Shown here: positions 62,988 to 64,000 of the stretch, piece after piece
How the letters are laid out: each line of letters starts with the position of its first letter
Position numbering within the stretch: the first letter of the stretch is position 1
NCBI GenBank assembly: GCA_965228875.1
Contig: OZ245843.1
Span: 3,268,616 to 3,332,615, forward strand
Direction of reading: 5' to 3'
DNA: 64,000 bases
Origin: Thalassobaculaceae bacterium
GTDB taxonomy: Bacteria; Pseudomonadota; Alphaproteobacteria; Thalassobaculales; Thalassobaculaceae
Program-made: the position numbers and the translations under genes
Notes under the pieces: generated by a model
Databases searched by the model: none
What the model was told of the DNA's origin: nothing
Seen by the model: the letters and a program-made list of their open reading frames with translations, nothing else

Positions 62988-64000
62988 CTACTCCGCCAGC
63001 TCGGGGCGGTCGCGGTACTGGTCCAGCGCCTCGGGATTGGCCAGTGCCTCGACGTTCTTCACCGCCCGGCCGTGCACCACGTTGCGCACGGCGAGCTCGA
63101 CGATCTTCCCCGACTTGGTGCGCGGGATGTCGGTCACGGCCAGCACCTTCGCCGGCACGTGGCGCGGGGTGCAGCCGGTGCGGATCTTCGTGCGGATCGC
63201 CTTTGTCAGGTCGTCGTCCAGGGAGACCCCCTCGGCAAGGCGGACGAACAGGACCACGCGGACGTCGTTGTCCCAGTCCTGACCGATGACCAGGGCCTCC
63301 ATGATCTGCGGCATCTGCTCGACCTGACGGTAGATCTCCGCCGTGCCGATGCGCACCCCGCCGGGATTCAGCACCGCGTCGGAGCGCCCGTAGATCACCA
63401 TGCCGCCGCGCTCGCTGAGCTCGACATAATCGCCGTGGCACCACACGCCCGGCCACGCCTCGAAGTACGCGGCACGGAACTTCTCCCCGTCGGGGTCGTT
63501 CCAGAAATAGATCGGCATGCAGGGGAACGGCTTGGTGCAGACCAGTTCGCCCTTCTCGCCGACCACCGGCTTGCCGTCGTCGTTCCACACCTCGACCGCC
63601 ATGCCGAGGCCGCGCTTCTGGATCTCGCCGCGCCAGACCGGGCTGATCGGACTGCCCAGAACGAAGCAGGAGACGATATCGGTGCCGCCGGAGATCGAGG
63701 CGAGCTGGATATCGGCCTTGATCTCGGCATAGACGTAGTCGAACCCCTCCGGCACCAGCGGCGAGCCGGTGGAGGTCATGGTGCGGACCGTGTCCAGACT
63801 GTGGGTGCCGCGCGGCGAGCGCTCGATCTTCTTCAGGTGGTCGATGTACTTGGCCGAGGTGCCGAACAGGGTCATGCCCTCGGCGTCGGCGTAGTCGAAC
63901 AGGATGTCCGGGTGCGGGTGGAACGGCGAGCCGTCGTACAGCAGCAGGGTCGCCTCCGCCGCCAGGCCGGACACCAGCCAGTTCCACATCATCCAGCCGC
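62988..64000 (-). CDS. Acetoacetate--CoA ligase (partial; 5' end lies outside the window)
   Basis: [49 protein letters not shown]. Confidence 0.93.
   Translation of the reverse strand, partial: GWMMWNWLVSGLAAEATLLLYDGSPFHPHPDILFDYADAEGMTLFGTSAKYIDHLKKIERSPRGTHSLDTVRTMTSTGSPLVPEGFDYVYAEIKADIQLASISGGTDIVSCFVLGSPISPVWRGEIQKRGLGMAVEVWNDDGKPVVGEKGELVCTKPFPCMPIYFWNDPDGEKFRAAYFEAWPGVWCHGDYVELSERGGMVIYGRSDAVLNPGGVRIGTAEIYRQVEQMPQIMEALVIGQDWDNDVRVVLFVRLAEGVSLDDDLTKAIRTKIRTGCTPRHVPAKVLAVTDIPRTKSGKIVELAVRNVVHGRAVKNVEALANPEALDQYRDRPELAE

Overview
High-GC, mostly core-genome segment of an alphaproteobacterium (Rhodospirillales-like, inferred from gene order and protein families). It contains rnd-lptC-lptA-lptB-rpoN-hpf with tRNA-Leu(CAG), pcaIJ-like CoA-transferase subunits, bamD-recN-ligA, uvrD-prmA, nadE-gltX-cysS, a CyaC-type heme/2Fe-2S adenylate cyclase, a GldAFG/DUF4340 ABC system, two tandem NodU/CmcH carbamoyltransferases, rlmN, rpoE-chrR, several oxidoreductases, two LysR regulators, two DUF1127 genes and a CZB-like diguanylate cyclase. 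I found no integrase, transposase, prophage or CRISPR array. The most interesting signals are unannotated and mostly intergenic: (1) a 22-codon leader ORF between gltX and cysS whose single Cys codon lies in a strand that can pair into the cysS ribosome-binding site, a candidate Cys-sensing translational attenuator; (2) a consensus RpoE(ChrR) promoter driving a stand-alone 59-aa ORF; (3) several candidate sRNAs with C-rich anti-Shine-Dalgarno loops, some linked to DUF1127 genes; (4) tandem carbamoyltransferases with near-identical 3' ends but divergent 5' regions; (5) a diguanylate cyclase whose CZB domain appears to have lost its zinc ligands; (6) kdsD and lpxC missing from their usual positions. 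All product calls come from motif recognition by eye; no database searches were run.
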